The position numbers were made by a program, and so were the translations under genes. From a bacterium (lineage in GTDB: Bacteria > Patescibacteriota > JACMRA01): 39,185 bases of DNA. Positions 7,573 through 16,317 of this stretch are shown piece by piece. The stretch lies in contig JAYUIW010000078.1 in NCBI GenBank assembly GCA_043765655.1, positions 1-39,185 on the forward strand, in the 5' to 3' direction. The notes beneath the pieces were generated by a model that searched no databases, was not told where the DNA came from, and worked only from the letters and a program-made list of their open reading frames with translations. The first letter of the stretch is position 1; the number at the start of each line of letters is the position of its first letter.

Positions 7573-8043
7573 TTAAATATCAAAACAGTAAGTTTGATCA
7601 AGTTTATGAGTAAAATAATCATTCAAGATTGTATCAGTGTGCTCTAAATTCAAAAAATTAACTAATTTATGTATAAAATATGGACCTTCATGCCAAGTTC
7701 CAGCTTCAATTTTAATAATACAGTTAGAAGGAATCTCAAAAGCTTCAATTTTGGATAAATCTGGGCTACTTAAATCATTATTTGGAGGGCAAACAGCTAA
7801 AATCCAGTTTTTATTGTCCATTGAACCAAGGCATTGCGAACAATTTATATGACGACTTATTTTGTTAAAACTTAAACCATGCTCTTCTAATTGCATTATA
7901 TACAGTCTAGGTTCTCCTCTTTTGATGTCTAGGTTAAGATCTAAGTCTTCACTAAATGGTCTGCGATTATCGCAGGGATAGATAACTTCTCCAAATTCCT
8001 TAAAGTTTTCGGGTGATATTAATATTGGTTTTAATTTGATCAT
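7573..8043 (-). CDS. ureidoglycolate lyase/hydrolase (AllA)-like cupin protein
   Basis: Pattern matches the AllA family: PENFKEFGEVI, a LEEHGLSFNKISRH stretch (H-containing strand), AFEIP....IKIEAGTWHEGPYF. Family level only; the substrate is uncertain. Confidence 0.5.
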   Translation of the reverse strand: MIKLKPILISPENFKEFGEVIYPCDNRRPFSEDLDLNLDIKRGEPRLYIMQLEEHGLSFNKISRHINCSQCLGSMDNKNWILAVCPPNNDLSSPDLSKIEAFEIPSNCIIKIEAGTWHEGPYFIHKLVNFLNLEHTDTILNDYFTHKLDQTYCFDI

Positions 8044-8070
8044 AAATATTATACATTTATTTTTATAATG

Positions 8071-8151
8071 AACTTTTTATATCCTGAAATGAATTTAGGA
8101 TGACACGGTAAGGGTCATAGCTTGCACAACAGGGGATTCTTCGCGATGCTC
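8071..8151. repeat. palindromic intergenic element, family B copy 1
   Basis: ATCCTGAAATGAATTTAGGATGACA hairpin, then ..GATTCTTCGCGATGCTCAGAATGACAGC. GC-rich island in AT-rich spacer. Confidence 0.55.
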
Positions 8152-8179
8152 AGAATGACAGCATTTATGGAGACTTTTT

Positions 8180-9169
8180 TTATATCCCCATCAGTAACGT
8201 AAAAATTGCCATTCTAACATAAAGTCCATTCTTAGCTTGCTTGAAATATAGTGCACGAGGATCATTGTCTAATTCTGGATGAATCTCGGGATAAGCTACC
8301 GAGTTAATTGGTAGTGGATGCATAATTTTGGCTTTGGAGTCACCCATTGTTTTGAAGTCTAATTGATATACTCCATCCTTGTAGAGTTCTTTGTCTTCGT
8401 CGCTCATTCGCTCAATCTGAGGTCTACAGCAATACACAACATCTACTTTTTGAACAATATCTGCAAGATCCTTAATATCCCGAGCGTTGTATTCTATACC
8501 TGCGCTTTCCAGCTCCTCTTTAGCGTGTAACGAATCTGGTGCCACGAAGATCATCTTGGTGCCGAATTGGTTGAGAACCTTAGCCAGAGACTTGATAGTT
8601 CTGCCATATTTCATATCGCCAACGAAAGCTACAGTGATTTTATCCAAGTCTTCGAAGTTTTCTTTGATAGTAAAGAGATCCAACATCGCCTGCGTAGGAT
8701 GCTCATTAGAACCGTCACCACAATTCACCCACGATATATCGTCGTACTTGAGACAAGCGTAGTGTGGAAGATAAGTCTCAGGAGTGCGAAGTGTGATAAA
8801 GTCAGGCTGATAACCCGCGAACATTTGTAGAGTATGCTCGATAGTTTCACCTTTGGCAATAGATGTTGAGCCTGCCCCATCCATAGTGATAACTGTTCCG
8901 CCGAGTCTTGTCCATGCGGTTTCGGTGCTGAATCTGGTGCGAGTAGAATTAGAGAAGAATAACGAATACATTAACTTGCCTTTGGCGAGCTTGTTATACT
9001 TGATTGGGTTGGACTTGATGTTGCCAGATCTGGTCATAATGTGTCCCATTGCCTGCAGATCCAGCTGTTCCACGGATACGAAGGAGGAGTTTTTGAAGGC
9101 TCTTTTGCCATTGATTGCAGGAAGTTGTTCCTTGGTGATGACAGTGTTAGGTGTAAAAAAAGTAGACAT
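8180..9169 (-). CDS. pyrB: aspartate carbamoyltransferase catalytic subunit
   Basis: STRTRFSTE, KGETIEHT, HPTQAMLD, VGDMKYGRT, QIERM, IMHPLP, FKQAKNGLYVRMAI. The HPLP motif (not HCLP) favours ATCase over OTCase. Confidence 0.85.
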   Translation of the reverse strand: MSTFFTPNTVITKEQLPAINGKRAFKNSSFVSVEQLDLQAMGHIMTRSGNIKSNPIKYNKLAKGKLMYSLFFSNSTRTRFSTETAWTRLGGTVITMDGAGSTSIAKGETIEHTLQMFAGYQPDFITLRTPETYLPHYACLKYDDISWVNCGDGSNEHPTQAMLDLFTIKENFEDLDKITVAFVGDMKYGRTIKSLAKVLNQFGTKMIFVAPDSLHAKEELESAGIEYNARDIKDLADIVQKVDVVYCCRPQIERMSDEDKELYKDGVYQLDFKTMGDSKAKIMHPLPINSVAYPEIHPELDNDPRALYFKQAKNGLYVRMAIFTLLMGI

Positions 9170-9268
9170 ATTAACCTTAATAATGAATTACAATGATACT
9201 ATTGTCAAAGAATTATCTCTGAACTAAGTCTTAAAGCCTCAATCAAACTAAATTAATATAAGTTCTAG

Positions 9269-9299
9269 TTGACAAAATGCAACAAAGTTGCAATAATAT
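9269..9299 (+). promoter_or_regulatory. promoter of the Fur-family gene with embedded 6-3-6 palindrome TGCAAC-AAA-GTTGCA (9278-9292)
   Basis: TTGACA 9269-9274, AT-rich -10 (AATAAT/TAATAT, 9292-9299). A perfect inverted repeat fills the spacer. Confidence 0.5.
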
Positions 9300-9324
9300 T
9301 AGCAAGCCTCAATCTCATACAATT

Positions 9325-9699
9325 ATGAAAACTGAACCACTCATTCAACAGCTCATTAACAACGGACATTCTCCAATTAATTTTGAACAGATTGCAACCT
9401 TCCTAGAATCCCAAAATCTCAAACCCAACAAAACCACAATCTACAGGAATCTGGAAAAATTGGAAAAAGATGGATTAATCAAAAAGGTTATTCTCTCAGA
9501 CCAAAAACAATTCTGGGAAGTGGTTCATTATAATTCAAAAACTCATCAAGATCACCAACATTATCATCTTATCTGCAATAGTTGCACCAATATAGAATGC
9601 CAAGAACTCCCGAGAATTATCCTTCCAAAGCTTAACTTCAACGTTCAAAGGATGGAGATTAATCTTTTTGGACTATGCAACAATTGCCAACTGAACTAG
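9325..9699 (+). CDS. Fur-family metalloregulator (Zur-like by context)
   Basis: Winged-helix segment NKTTIYRNLEKLEKDGLIKKV, H-rich HQDHQHYHLIC, and CxxC pairs (CNSC ... CNNC). Start placed at ATG 9325, because track start 9277 lies inside the promoter. Confidence 0.8.
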   Translation: MKTEPLIQQLINNGHSPINFEQIATFLESQNLKPNKTTIYRNLEKLEKDGLIKKVILSDQKQFWEVVHYNSKTHQDHQHYHLICNSCTNIECQELPRIILPKLNFNVQRMEINLFGLCNNCQLN

Positions 9700-9768
9700 A
9701 ACTGTTTTTAAAAATTTTAAGTAGTGAAACTTCATATTTAGACTATAAAATTTAATAATTACCTTTTT

Positions 9769-9796
9769 AGATCCTGAAATAAATTCAGGATGACAG
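9769..9796. repeat. palindromic intergenic element, family B copy 2 (minimal form)
   Basis: AGATCCTGAA-ATAAA-TTCAGGATGACA, perfect 8-bp stem. Confidence 0.55.
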
Positions 9797-9840
9797 TTTA
9801 AAATATATTTTAGACTTTTTGCAACCAAATCAATAATTTT

Positions 9841-10626
9841 ATGCTTAACTCCACAATCATTCTCGCCTCTCTCCTTGTCAGCCTTGTTTCCTTAGTTGGA
9901 ATTATCTCTCTACCGCTCAAAATTGTAAAATTCGCCAAATACTTTGTAGCCATTGCTACTGGAGCTTTACTTGGAGATGTTTTTTTTCACATTCTGCCAG
10001 AGATTGTAGATATTCCTGGAATTTCGATTGACAATGTTTTTCTGTTCACACTTCTTGGAATTGGTGCAATGTTTATCTTCGAGAGTATCTTTAGGCATAT
10101 TCACTGCCACGAACAACTAAAACATAACCATCACGAAAGCCATAATTATTCGCACGACAATCTTACCCAGAAATCAAACAATCCTCTTGGAACTATGAAC
10201 TTGATTGGGAATACGCTCCATAATTTTTTGGATGGAGTATTGATTGCAAGTAGCTTTATCGTTAATCCTGTGGCTGGCTGGGCGACGACCTTGGCGATTA
10301 TTGCCCACGAGATTCCCATCGAGATGAGTAATTTTGCATTATTGATTCATTCAGGATTTAGTCGCCAAAAAGCTCTAATCTACAATGGATTAACTGCCAT
10401 CTTTGGACTATTTGGATCTTTGACTGTGATATTCTTTGGGCAAATTCTCAATGAGCAACTACCTTATCTCAGTGCATTCGGAGCTGGATTCCTACTGTAT
10501 ATCGCTATGTCAGATCTAATTCCCGAAATTCACACCAACCATTCTCGCAAGCCTAACTATCTTAACTTTATACTCATCATTCTAGCAATTCTCCTGATGT
10601 ACTGGCTCAAAACCATCGAAAGTTAA
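9841..10626 (+). CDS. ZIP-family divalent metal (zinc) transporter
   Basis: Multi-pass membrane protein with a His-rich loop (HCHEQLKHNHHESHNYSHD) and ZIP signature helices HNFLDGVLIA and HEIPIEMSNFALL. Confidence 0.85.
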   Translation: MLNSTIILASLLVSLVSLVGIISLPLKIVKFAKYFVAIATGALLGDVFFHILPEIVDIPGISIDNVFLFTLLGIGAMFIFESIFRHIHCHEQLKHNHHESHNYSHDNLTQKSNNPLGTMNLIGNTLHNFLDGVLIASSFIVNPVAGWATTLAIIAHEIPIEMSNFALLIHSGFSRQKALIYNGLTAIFGLFGSLTVIFFGQILNEQLPYLSAFGAGFLLYIAMSDLIPEIHTNHSRKPNYLNFILIILAILLMYWLKTIES

Positions 10627-10671
10627 GTTAGTGTTCAAAACTCCCACCCCAAAATCTTTAACAATATTACT

Positions 10672-10938
10672 ATGAACTCCCAAAACACAATAACACTACC
10701 AATAATCGGTGCAATCTACGCACATTACAAATCAACCGAGCTAGATCCAAAGAATTGCGAGATTATTAACCTTGCCAAACACACCGAAACCGATGAAATT
10801 ATAGTTATTTATAGACCTTTGTACGACTGTGAATGGTTAGAAAATTATGAACTTTGCGTTCGCCCAGTCGAGATGTTCATGGAGAATGTTGAGCACAATG
10901 GAGTTATTGTTCCCAGATTTAGAATTTTACAAAAATAA
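10672..10938 (+). CDS. DUF1653-family small protein
   Basis: IYAHYKS....Y.I..LAKHTETDE..VIYRPLYD......VRPVEMF...V...G..VPRF matches my memory of the DUF1653 consensus. Confidence 0.55.
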   Translation: MNSQNTITLPIIGAIYAHYKSTELDPKNCEIINLAKHTETDEIIVIYRPLYDCEWLENYELCVRPVEMFMENVEHNGVIVPRFRILQK

Positions 10939-10942
10939 AAAT

Positions 10943-11827
10943 ATGCTGACAAAAACACCTCAAAACAAATATCCCACAATAACTCTAGAACTAGGTGACC
11001 AAAAAACCACTCTAGAGCTCGGAACTTTAATATTAAGATTATCTGATCTTGGACTTCGTAACTTCCAACTAACCAACAAAGCCAAAACCTGTAACAACTC
11101 TCAACTTTTTGGGGAACTTTGTAAGTTTTTAAATACTAAAAATCCTGAATTATTACAATACATCAACTGGACTTTGACTTATTCTCTGGGCAATAACTAC
11201 AATGGTGGAATCAGAACCATGGAACTATTCCAAGAATATTGTGATAATATCCAAAGCCTTTGTAAGAGTTGTAAACTTAGACTTCAACCTTCAATTCTCA
11301 TAGTTAGCGGTTCCACGCAACGCAAAGTTAATAGTTTGACTATTCTTGAGGAGCAAAAAGTTAATGCAAACTTATTTTTGAAAGATAAAAAAAATAGCAA
11401 CCAATTCGGCGTTGCCTTCAATCCTTTTTTGAGTGACCAAAATCTCGATATGGAAAAAACTAGATTGTATAAAAAGCTAAAAACTGGTAAAGTTAATACA
11501 GTCTATATCCAAATCGGCACCAATCTAGAACTACTTCAATCTGGACTTGAGTATATTCGATCTATTAATACTAGTGTCAAAATAATTATCTGTGTACTTT
11601 TGCCATCCCAGAACCTGCTCAATACTTGGAATTTTAGACCTTGGCGAGGAGTTTTTTTGGGCTCTGAATTCCTTGGAGATCTTAAAACAGCACTGGACAT
11701 TTCTAACAATGTTATCCAATTCTGCAACCACAACAACCTTGAGATCCTTCTGACCGTAATGGATTGGAAGCATTTTTTTGACCAAAATCAGTTTTTTGAA
11801 TTAGAATTAAAGAATAATGACTCTTAA
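10943..11827 (+). CDS. hypothetical protein with weak methylenetetrahydrofolate-reductase-like pattern
   Basis: Start set at ATG 10943, just after the DUF1653 stop. ILIVSGSTQRK, FGVAFNPF...DMEKTRLYKKLKTGKVNTVYIQ loosely resemble MetF/MTHFR barrel motifs. This is weak. Confidence 0.3.
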   Translation: MLTKTPQNKYPTITLELGDQKTTLELGTLILRLSDLGLRNFQLTNKAKTCNNSQLFGELCKFLNTKNPELLQYINWTLTYSLGNNYNGGIRTMELFQEYCDNIQSLCKSCKLRLQPSILIVSGSTQRKVNSLTILEEQKVNANLFLKDKKNSNQFGVAFNPFLSDQNLDMEKTRLYKKLKTGKVNTVYIQIGTNLELLQSGLEYIRSINTSVKIIICVLLPSQNLLNTWNFRPWRGVFLGSEFLGDLKTALDISNNVIQFCNHNNLEILLTVMDWKHFFDQNQFFELELKNNDS

Positions 11828-12872
11828 TTTTTTGATTATTCTGATCTCTCTCTTCTTTGTTTCGCACTGGTTCGGTACGATTAATATTCTACTAAGCTTG
11901 GTTTTTGATTTGGTTGATAAGCCTGATGGCGACCGCAAACTCCAAAAAAGCCCTGTTCCCCTAGCTGGAATTACCTTAAGTTTATTACTAGCCACTGCCG
12001 TGTCTACCAGTTTATTCTTTGAGAATGAGTTTTGGGGTAGGCTCAATATAATTTCTAACCTAGAACTTACCAAGAATATCGACAATCCTGTGAATTGGTG
12101 GTGGGTAGTCGCTGGAATTATAATCATACTAATTGGTGGATTAATTGATGACAAAAATAACCTCAAATCTTGGCAACTAGCAATTCCTATTAACGTCGGA
12201 CTACTGGCAATTGTCTTTGGTGGAAATCTGCGAATTGAAGCCTTGAGTTATCCATTCGATACTATAATTCCAAGTTTTGGTTTTTTGCATCAGTTTTTGG
12301 CATGGGTCTGGCTGGGACTATGTCTAGCCACCACTAAGTTCCTCGATGGACATGATGGCTTGGTCTCTAGCGTTGGAATAATTAACTTTATGGTTATTGC
12401 TTTTATGGCTTTTTTGCCAAGTATTAATCAGCCTTTGATTTGGTCGATTTGTCTTGTCTGGATTGCCTGTATTGCAGGCTTTTTGCCGTATAATCTTCCC
12501 AATGCCCAGTCCTACATCGGCGAAGGAGCTTCGGAATTAATCGGGCTAATGATCGGCATCCTCTCCATTCTTTCCGGTGCCAAACTCGCCACAAGCTTCA
12601 GCATCGTTGGCTGGTTCTTATTGGATTTAATGCTAGTACTCTTTATTAGGTATAAGAATGGCAAAAATATATTGCAAGCTGGTCGTGAACATTGGCATTT
12701 TAGGCTACTAGATTACGGATTCTCCAAGTGGCAAGTATTGATAATGAGTATAATTCTAATTAGTTTCACAGGCTTTTTTGGAGCGGTTCTCCCAACGGTT
12801 TACAAGCCGATTATTATCTTGTTCGAACTAGTCATTCTCCTTGGTATATTCAAGGTTACTAGCAGAAAGTAA
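11817..12872 (+). CDS. MraY/WecA-family polyprenyl-phosphate sugar-1-phosphate transferase (glycosyltransferase family 4)
   Basis: About 10 TM segments, GGLIDDKNNL (DD motif) and KFLDGHDGL (NxxDGxDGL-type motif). Overlaps the upstream ORF by 11 nt. Confidence 0.8.
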   Translation: MTLNFLIILISLFFVSHWFGTINILLSLVFDLVDKPDGDRKLQKSPVPLAGITLSLLLATAVSTSLFFENEFWGRLNIISNLELTKNIDNPVNWWWVVAGIIIILIGGLIDDKNNLKSWQLAIPINVGLLAIVFGGNLRIEALSYPFDTIIPSFGFLHQFLAWVWLGLCLATTKFLDGHDGLVSSVGIINFMVIAFMAFLPSINQPLIWSICLVWIACIAGFLPYNLPNAQSYIGEGASELIGLMIGILSILSGAKLATSFSIVGWFLLDLMLVLFIRYKNGKNILQAGREHWHFRLLDYGFSKWQVLIMSIILISFTGFFGAVLPTVYKPIIILFELVILLGIFKVTSRK

Positions 12873-12876
12873 TGAT

Positions 12877-12905
12877 TTGACATTAGCCAAAAAGTAGTGT
12901 ATAAT
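12877..12905 (+). promoter_or_regulatory. consensus promoter; spacer nearly identical to the cassette-array promoters
   Basis: TTGACA (12877-12882), spacer TTAGCCAAAAAGTAGTG (17 nt), TATAAT (12900-12905), 4 nt before ATG 12910. Confidence 0.6.
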
Positions 12906-12909
12906 ACTA

Positions 12910-13725
12910 ATGTTTAAAAATCGCAATTATTTTATTTTTATGCCAAATCTACAAGAAAACAACACTCAAGGAATAGAAAGCCCATCCAGAAGAAAATTTT
13001 TAATAAATTCAGCACTTGGAGCACTTGCTAGCGAAACTATCTCTAATCTACAAGCCACAGCAAAAATTTCCGCTCAAAAAAACCAGGTACAAACTAATTC
13101 TAGATCATTTCCAGAAAACAATCTAATATCCCTTGAAGCTGTAAATGTAGCCAAGGAAGCTAGAAAACTTGGTATGGTTAGAGCAAAAGATGTTATACCT
13201 AATGTTCTTCAACGAACTGCATACGCTAGAGATGATAACTTTACTAACGAACAAATGTATGAATCTGACACATCAATTTGGGGTAAAAAAGAAACTTTAC
13301 TCAAGATTGGTAAGGTTGATTCAGCTCTCAGACAGTATGGTCTTAGATTAATTTTGGTTGATATGTATAGACCTCAATCAGTTGCTAATGAATTTGGTAA
13401 AATCGCCAAATAGCGTGGAATTGATCCAAAGTATGTTGCTCAATCTACAGACTCTCAAGGAAATATTAGAACAGGTCATACCAGCGGTCATGTTGTAGAT
13501 GTAATGTTAGCTAACTTAGACGGCACACCTGCAGAAACTCCAACTAATTTTGATGGATTCCCAAAATCTGGACTTGAAAGAGAGGATGGAAATATACCTG
13601 ATTGGAAAGATTTTTCAAACTGGAGCGAAGAAGCAAAGAACAATGTCACTTACCTAAAAAGAGAAATGAAAAACCAAGGAGGTAAACAGATTGACACTGA
13701 ATGGTGGCATTGGAGTTTTGGATAA
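12910..13725 (+). pseudogene. VanX/DdpX-type D-Ala-D-Ala dipeptidase (M15) with twin-arginine signal, interrupted by in-frame TAG at 13411-13413
   Basis: SRRKFLINSALGALA matches a Tat motif. ARDDNFTN, VDMYRPQSV, then TAG; the same frame continues RGIDPKYVAQS...GHTSGHVVDV (H..D zinc ligands) and EWWHWSF. Confidence 0.7.
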
Positions 13726-13782
13726 ATAGTTTTTTAAATTTTATACTTTTACTCTATTCACAAGATTTAATACTTTCACCTT

Positions 13783-13808
13783 AAGCCCTCAATAGGCTTT
13801 TTTCTTTT
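13783..13808 (+). terminator. rho-independent terminator
   Basis: AAGCC-CTCAATA-GGCTT, followed by TTTTTCTTTTACCCAAAA. Confidence 0.55.
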
Positions 13809-13819
13809 ACCCAAAAATT

Positions 13820-15442
13820 CTAATATCTACTTTCTAGGCTTCCACTACTTTTATTCTCGTTAGAACTTAGATCATCGCACATAGCAACTTCGGTTGTGAT
13901 AATACTACTGGCAACAGACGCAGCATTAGAGATTGCTTCGCGCAGGACTTTTTTGGGATCTATAATTCCACTAGCTAGCATATCAGTTACACTAATCATT
14001 GCCCTGAAGTCATAACCAGCCACAGGCGACTTAAGAATGTCTTGCATCACAACAGACACATCATACATTCCAGAATTCTCGGCAATTGCACGGAATGGAA
14101 CTTGTAAGGCTTTGGCAACGATTGCGATTCCTAGCTTTTCACCTTCGTCTGTACTTTGAAGATTTAACAATAAGTTCGACAATCTTATTAGAGTTGTAGC
14201 TCCTCCGGGAACTATTCCTTCCTCTACAGCGGACTTAGTGGCGTTGACTGCATCTTCTACGATGAATTTGAGGCTTTTCATCTCGACTTCGCTACTAGCT
14301 CCAACCTTGATAACTCCGATTCCACCTGTGAGCTTGGCGATTCGCTCTAGTAGTTTTTCTTTTTCGTAGTCAGATTTGGTATCATTGATTGCTCCACGGA
14401 TTTCTTGGATTCTATTTTCGAGAGCTTTTGTTTCGCCTTTGCCACCGATAATTGTAGTTGTGTCCTTGGTCATTATGACTTTGTCCGCAGTTCCTAGATC
14501 GTCGATTATGGAGGTTTTGGGGCTCATTCCCAGATTAGTCTCAATATAAGTTGCACCCACTAGAACAGCAATATCTTTGAGAATTTCTTTGCGTCTATCT
14601 CCGAAGGCTGGAGCTTGTACAGCATATACATTGAATACTCCGCGAATCTTATTCATCACAAAAGTCGCCAAAGCCTCTCCTTCAATATCATCAGCGATCA
14701 GCACCAATTCTTTTTTACCCTGACTAGCTAAGGCTTCCACAATCGGTAGAATATCTTGGATTGAGGTGATTTTGGCATCGGTAATTAGAATAGCAACCTT
14801 AGAAGTTACAGCTTCCATCTTGGTAGTATCGGTGATAAAGTATGGCGATTTGTAGCCTTTGTCGAATTGCATTCCCGTAGTTACTTCCTTCTCAATAGTA
14901 TTAGAATCTCCGCTGGCAACTGTTACAATTCCGTCATCTCCGACTTCCTCTAGAATATCAGCAATCATTGTGGCGATTTCGCTACTACGAGAAGAGATTT
15001 TGGCAACATTGAACTTGTCATTTTTGGTTCTTACAGGAGTTGTGATTGTGTTGAGTTCACTGAGTACGAAGTCTACAGCTTTTTGGATGCCGTTTTTGAT
15101 TTTGACTGGATCTGAGCCTGCTTCTACCATTTTGATACCTTCGTTGACGATTGCACCTGTCAGAATTGTGGTTAGCGATGTTCCATCTCCTGCGTTCTCG
15201 TTGGTTAGGTTGGCAGATTGTTGTACTAGGCTCACACCCATTTGTTCGATTCCACTTAGTTCAATGGCTTTGGCGATGGTTACTCCGTCGTTGGTTACGA
15301 TTGGTGAGCCGTAGGATTGCTCGATTATGGTTGTACGACCCATCGGTCCGTAGGAAGTTCGCACGGCATTAACTACAGCGTTGACTCCGATTTGGATGGA
15401 TTTGCGAGCATCGGTTCCGTATTTTATTATTTTTTGGGGCAT
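13820..15442 (-). CDS. groL: chaperonin GroEL (Cpn60)
   Basis: Full-length Cpn60 pattern: YGPMGRTTII, VTNDGVTIAK, AGDGTSLTT, LIADDIEGEAL, VQAPAFGDRRKE, GGVAV-like GGIGVIKVGA, VPGGATT. Confidence 0.95.
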   Translation of the reverse strand: MPQKIIKYGTDARKSIQIGVNAVVNAVRTSYGPMGRTTIIEQSYGSPIVTNDGVTIAKAIELSGIEQMGVSLVQQSANLTNENAGDGTSLTTILTGAIVNEGIKMVEAGSDPVKIKNGIQKAVDFVLSELNTITTPVRTKNDKFNVAKISSRSSEIATMIADILEEVGDDGIVTVASGDSNTIEKEVTTGMQFDKGYKSPYFITDTTKMEAVTSKVAILITDAKITSIQDILPIVEALASQGKKELVLIADDIEGEALATFVMNKIRGVFNVYAVQAPAFGDRRKEILKDIAVLVGATYIETNLGMSPKTSIIDDLGTADKVIMTKDTTTIIGGKGETKALENRIQEIRGAINDTKSDYEKEKLLERIAKLTGGIGVIKVGASSEVEMKSLKFIVEDAVNATKSAVEEGIVPGGATTLIRLSNLLLNLQSTDEGEKLGIAIVAKALQVPFRAIAENSGMYDVSVVMQDILKSPVAGYDFRAMISVTDMLASGIIDPKKVLREAISNAASVASSIITTEVAMCDDLSSNENKSSGSLESRY

Positions 15443-15499
15443 ATAGCGGGGGGAGGTTTGGGTGATTATATTAATTGGTTAAAATTTGTTTTTGAGTGC

Positions 15500-15528
15500 T
15501 TGACCAGTAATCTTTTTTGTTGTATAAT
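15500..15528 (+). promoter_or_regulatory. promoter of the ORF inserted between groEL and groES
   Basis: TTGACC (15500-15505), 17 nt, TATAAT (15523-15528). ATG 15535 lies 6 nt downstream, giving a leaderless geometry. Confidence 0.55.
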
Positions 15529-15534
15529 ATGAGA

Positions 15535-16167
15535 ATGTTTAGTCCTGATTCTCTACCACCGCAAGAACCCAAAAGTATAGAAAGTCTAATTTTATTATTT
15601 GATAAGTTAGAAAAGATTGAGCAAGTATTACTTATGGAGTCATCAGTAATTCGAATGAATGTAGATAATAAAAAAAACTATTTTCCAAGATCGTTTTGTT
15701 CTGGTAATATGGAAGAGATTAATGATTTTTTGGGTACTAATTGTTCCGATGAAGACTGTGAAATTATGATTGACAAATTCTTAGCTTTAGGAATTATGGA
15801 AACAGACGGTATGGATATAAGATTATCATCAATTGAATTAAGAGATTATTTGGAACTAATTTATCTTTTTGGAGATTTAGAAAAAGTTGAGCAGTGTTTT
15901 CTTTGTGAAATTAGTGTTGTGAGTAGACCTGCAGAGGGCTTTTATTGTAAATCTATTTTTGATGGATTCTTAGAAGATGTTCTAATTAATTCTGACAAAG
16001 AGTATTCAGATGAGTATTTTGATGAGACTGTTGATAAACTATTAAAGCTTGGTTTTTTGGAGGCTGGACAAGACGTACTTGGGCAAGATGGATTTAGAAT
16101 TATATCTAACGAATTACAGTCTTTTTTGAAGTTAAAACTTGAGACGATTTATAAAGAGGGTGATTAA
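15535..16167 (+). CDS. hypothetical acidic Cys-containing protein made of two ~100-aa internal repeats
   Basis: The repeats align by eye. LILLFDKLEKIEQVLLMESSVIR pairs with LIYLFGDLEKVEQCFLCEISVVSR. IDKFLALGIMETDG..IRLSSIELRDYLEL pairs with VDKLLKLGFLEAGQ..FRIISNELQSFLKL. Confidence 0.55.
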   Translation: MFSPDSLPPQEPKSIESLILLFDKLEKIEQVLLMESSVIRMNVDNKKNYFPRSFCSGNMEEINDFLGTNCSDEDCEIMIDKFLALGIMETDGMDIRLSSIELRDYLELIYLFGDLEKVEQCFLCEISVVSRPAEGFYCKSIFDGFLEDVLINSDKEYSDEYFDETVDKLLKLGFLEAGQDVLGQDGFRIISNELQSFLKLKLETIYKEGD

Positions 16168-16204
16168 TATTTGAATTAAAATAAAATTTAAGATTTAGTT
16201 TTTT

Positions 16205-16279
16205 AGATCCTGAAAAGTAACTGGTTGCAAGTCGGACTTGTTCCGACGATAGCCTCGGCACGACAAGTTCAGGATGACA
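16205..16279. repeat. palindromic intergenic element, family B copy 3 (with ~50-nt GC-rich insert)
   Basis: AGATCCTGAA...TTCAGGATGACA arms, as at 9769. The loop carries GTCGGA-CTTGT-TCCGAC and ACTTGT..ACAAGT stems. Confidence 0.55.
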
Positions 16280-16317
16280 TAACTATTACTTTATCCGTTA
16301 AAATTAATCAATAATTG

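Noticed and set aside
10847-10942. Upstream start of ORF 10847-11827, overlapping the DUF1653 gene
   Set aside because: It would overlap the DUF1653 coding region by 92 nt in another frame. ATG 10943 sits 4 nt after the DUF1653 stop and gives a sensible N-terminus.
11807-12166. Antisense ORFs inside confident genes: 11807-12166, 14859-15314, 15151-15372, 17655-17969, 17988-18299, 18534-18833, 8487-9227, 5039-5659, 33732-34052, 34494-34781 and others
   Set aside because: All lie opposite genes with strong family signatures or long intact ORFs. They have Ser/Leu/Ile-rich shadow-frame composition and no promoters.
13411-13413. Genome-wide reassignment of TAG to a sense codon, suggested by two in-frame TAGs (13411 and 4719)
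   Set aside because: Many confident genes end on TAG at the expected C-terminus: groEL 13820, purD 17603, rplJ 29949, ileS 36901, mscL 27771, SPFH 25280, the Fur-family gene 9697 and ORF 32503. Gene lengths are normal under the standard code. No pyl genes or suppressor tRNA are visible in the window. Local readthrough, decay or sequencing error is more likely.
15488-15505. CIRCE (HrcA) operator half-site GAGTGCT upstream of groEL
   Set aside because: The partner half TTAGCACTC is missing at the 9-nt spacing. The match overlaps the -35 of the divergent ORF 15535 promoter and is probably fortuitous.
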